From positions 43,586,001 through 43,650,000 of the forward strand of contig OZ024744.1 in assembly GCA_964016885.1 (NCBI GenBank): a DNA stretch of 64,000 bases. Direction: 5' to 3'. The notes below the pieces were generated by a model. The model saw nothing but the letters and a program-made list of their open reading frames with translations, was not told the DNA's origin and made no database searches. The position numbers were made by a program, and so were the translations under genes. Each line of letters begins with the position of its first letter. Position 1 is the first letter of the stretch. Positions 63,601 through 64,000 of the stretch are shown one piece after another. The DNA is from Eledone cirrhosa (Eukaryota).

Positions 63601-64000
63601 CTAAACGCGTCCTTGCCAGCGCGCAAGGCCTACAGAGACCGGATTAGCGAACTAGTTAAGCGAGCGTTGACGGGGGCCATCGTCAACTACAAGTGGTGGT
63701 TTGCTCAGAAAAGAGCGATTAGAATAGAGTCCATTAGATTTAGTAAGGCTTTAGCAATAGAGAAACATAGAGCAGAGGGAGAACGAGTTAGAAAATTAGA
63801 CGATACGCTTTGCAAAGGCATCGCGACCGACGTACTTGCGGCGAAATTGGCCCTTGATCAATTCTTCAATGCAAAGAACGAAGGCTGCGTTGTCAGAGCT
63901 AGAGTGCGTGCTCTCAGACACAAGGTGACGAAAGGCGTTCAATGGGCCCGAATGACGGAAGCGCGTCGTGGCAACAAAGCCACGATCCGGTCTTTGGTGG
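60605..64000 (+). mobile_element. Family A element running off the window (ORF1 60820-62816, ORF2 from 62851)
   Basis: 5' ggcggcctacgt; ORF 61593-62816 joins knuckle region, linker and C-terminal domain in one frame; APE motifs. Confidence 0.94.

Noticed and set aside
1-64000. CRISPR-like repeat-spacer reading of ATT tracts alternating with long inserts
   Set aside because: Tracts vary in length, inserts are retrotransposons, no cas genes, eukaryotic context
1-64000. Array produced by tandem or segmental duplication of one unit
   Set aside because: Family order is irregular, and copies carry mostly private lesions and different truncation points, as expected for independent insertions
1-64000. 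Calling the array telomeric
   Set aside because: No TTAGGG- or TTAGG-type repeat array and no chromosome-end information in the window

Overview
Eukaryotic (metazoan-like) DNA with no host gene. About 95% of the window is a chain of non-LTR retrotransposons strung on (ATT)n microsatellite tracts. Thirteen pieces of Tx1/L1-group elements (ORF1 with RRM-like region and zinc knuckle; ORF2 with APE, RT and CCHC) belong to at least three families (called A, B, C here) and all lie on the + strand. Six pieces of R4/Dong-like elements (single ORF, RT plus restriction-like endonuclease) belong to two families (X, Y) and all lie on the - strand. Every copy carries stops, frameshifts or deletions, several with microhomology at the junction. 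Other content: one tRNA-derived SINE, and a 2.4 kb interruption (41.8-44.2 kb) with an RTE-like fragment and a hAT-like MITE. The best candidate for an undescribed system is this two-polarity (ATT)n-targeted array and its conserved cis-signals: a GGTAAGT at the ORF1 stop kept across reading frames, UTR hairpins, AATAAA placed just before the ATT tract, and a SINE tail resembling the Tx1 3' end. Family labels and alignments were made by eye; no searches were run.
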